Assembly (NCBI RefSeq): GCF_964355755.1
Contig: NC_092673.1
Coordinates: forward strand, 12,124,948-12,188,947
DNA length: 64,000 nt
From: Antedon mediterranea
Taxonomy: Eukaryota; Animalia; Echinodermata
Direction: 5' to 3'
Shown: piece after piece, positions 62,650 to 64,000 of the stretch
Layout of the letters: every line of letters starts with the position of its first letter
Position numbering within the stretch: position 1 is the stretch's first letter
Program-made: the position numbers and the translations under genes
The notes under the pieces: generated by a model
Database searches by the model: none
What the model saw: only the letters and a program-made list of their open reading frames with translations
Told to the model about the DNA's origin: nothing

Positions 62650-63570
62650 TTATATCGTTACTATAATAACAAAAGAAGTGCAATCATCACGTTTAGAGTC
62701 CAATTTCTGTACTTCCACACGGATGTTTAACTCTTTTAGCAGGTGTGATTTCACCTCATCATCAGTTGTCTCAATGTGAAGGTCACCAACATACACTTTA
62801 AATGGGGGTGCAGGTCTACTTTTTAAGTTCATGTTCTTCCCCTTACCTCGCTCATAATTATGAGATTTAGTCTTTCGTTTACGATTTACAATCAGCCACT
62901 TGCTTTCACTAACATCAGGTATCGTATCATTAACAACAGGCGCATCGACACCGGTAGCTACATGATTCTCAATTAGGGGAATCCCCTCATTACGTAATCC
63001 ATCAGGGTATGCATTGTTTACGTTTGCTTGAGCAACAACCGTATCGTTTTTGTTCGCTATATGCTTAGGTAGGATAACTGTTTGTTTACTGATCACAGGG
63101 GTGACACTAATAGGAATATGTCCATATTTCTGGGATGTATTAGTTTTCTCTTCTATTAAGTCTCTGACTTGCTGCGACAACTTGCACCTCTGATTGGTAG
63201 CATATGCAATATCTGCCTTTACAACATGAAAATCAGACCTAAGCTTTTGCATCTCACTAAACAACACAGTCGCGTCAATGTTATCCATACCAACCTGTGG
63301 GATTTTTGATAAATCTGCTGCAACAAAAGTAGGTAGCTTGGATATATCACAATGAATTAGGTAGCCTATCAGATCCGTAAGTATCCTATTCGCCTTTCGT
63401 CTTGGTTTATGTACATCATTATCCGGGTCTGCAACGTAAGCAGCCAGTAAACATTTTGCTTTCGTGACATCTTCTAATGAAAAATTCGCCATACTTATTG
63501 CATGTAGCCTATCGAAAGGCTTCGATCCAATATTATTGACAATAAAACATAACAGCTCATCTATCACCAT
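62650..63570 (-). pseudogene. ORF1 of the decayed host LINE
   Basis: VIDELLCFI..., FS.EDVTKAKCLL, LPTFVAADLSKIP, C-terminal RRM-like VYVGDLH; frameshift near 62650. Confidence 0.75.
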
Positions 63571-64000
63571 ATTCTGTCCCAAATTACCATACATCGCTGT
63601 TCTTGTTATCATCAATCCTACAAGCGTTATAAACAGATGGAATGTCATCTTCATTATCACTTACTGTTTCATCATCGGATATCCTTAATGTTTCGGGAAC
63701 CACTTGCCTAGGCCCATTCATAATTCGCGCCAAATCACTCTATTGTCCGACAGGCAGCTGGCCACGGAACGCACCCTGTTTACAAGGTTTCCCCTTTTTA
63801 CAATGGGGTCGATCAAGTGGAGAAACCCAAGCTAACGGGGCTAGCAACCGTCAATTAAAAGTGTATATGATTATAGACACTATAATCACTCAATTTCAAC
63901 TTCCGATTCATCCAATATTACGGTCATCCTTAAAACACATAGGCCTATTAGATATCAAGTTGATATTTAGATTCGTAATATTAGCTTCGAGATCTGAGCC

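Larger units (their letters stand above)
56426..63900 (-). mobile_element. Decayed CR1/L2-group LINE (host of nested insertions); 5' boundary uncertain
   Basis: ORF1 (MVIDELLCF..., 63570 downward); APE (61994-62560: QVHWL, GRPFGGVAVL, GDFNAD); RT (RQGGIMSPLLYNVYIDDL, YADD, YLGH at 57210-57780); C-terminus SFRLRIVNSKNDLV near 56530-56625; AATAAA plus (CAAAT)n tail at 56426-56452; many frameshifts. Confidence 0.85.

Noticed and set aside
63571-63660. Hydrophobic N-terminal extension (signal peptide-like) on the host LINE ORF1
   Set aside because: Family-like sequence starts at MVIDELLCF; the extension is probably 5' UTR read in frame.

Overview
AT-rich metazoan genomic DNA (probably a marine invertebrate deuterostome; taxon is inference). 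It holds three + strand spliced genes. (1) A complete 20-coding-exon PRRC2/BAT2 gene (ATG 6732 to TAG 44369, about 2885 aa, all intron phases consistent on hand-splicing). (2) A complete 6-exon FAM166/CIMIP2 ciliary microtubule-inner-protein gene (49254-52746, 285 aa). (3) The probable first coding exon of a Prrx-type paired-like homeobox gene (54971-55148). Introns are packed with transposons: an intact full-length CR1/L2-group (Crack-like) LINE with an unusual extra ORF1-derived mini-ORF; multi-level nests of non-autonomous DNA transposons (hAT-like with 5-, 6- and 7-bp TSDs, TA-TSD Tc1/mariner-like, piggyBac-like, Harbinger-like, Kolobok-like); and a nest of four non-LTR insertions plus a Gypsy remnant at the right end. 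Most notable observations: an out-of-frame uORF overlapping the PRRC2 start codon, TA-anchored micro-insertions that look like transposon excision footprints, MITE cores shared between different terminal repeats, and PRRC2-FAM166-Prrx linkage matching the vertebrate MHC paralogons. I found no clearly novel protein-coding system. All alignments were done by eye.
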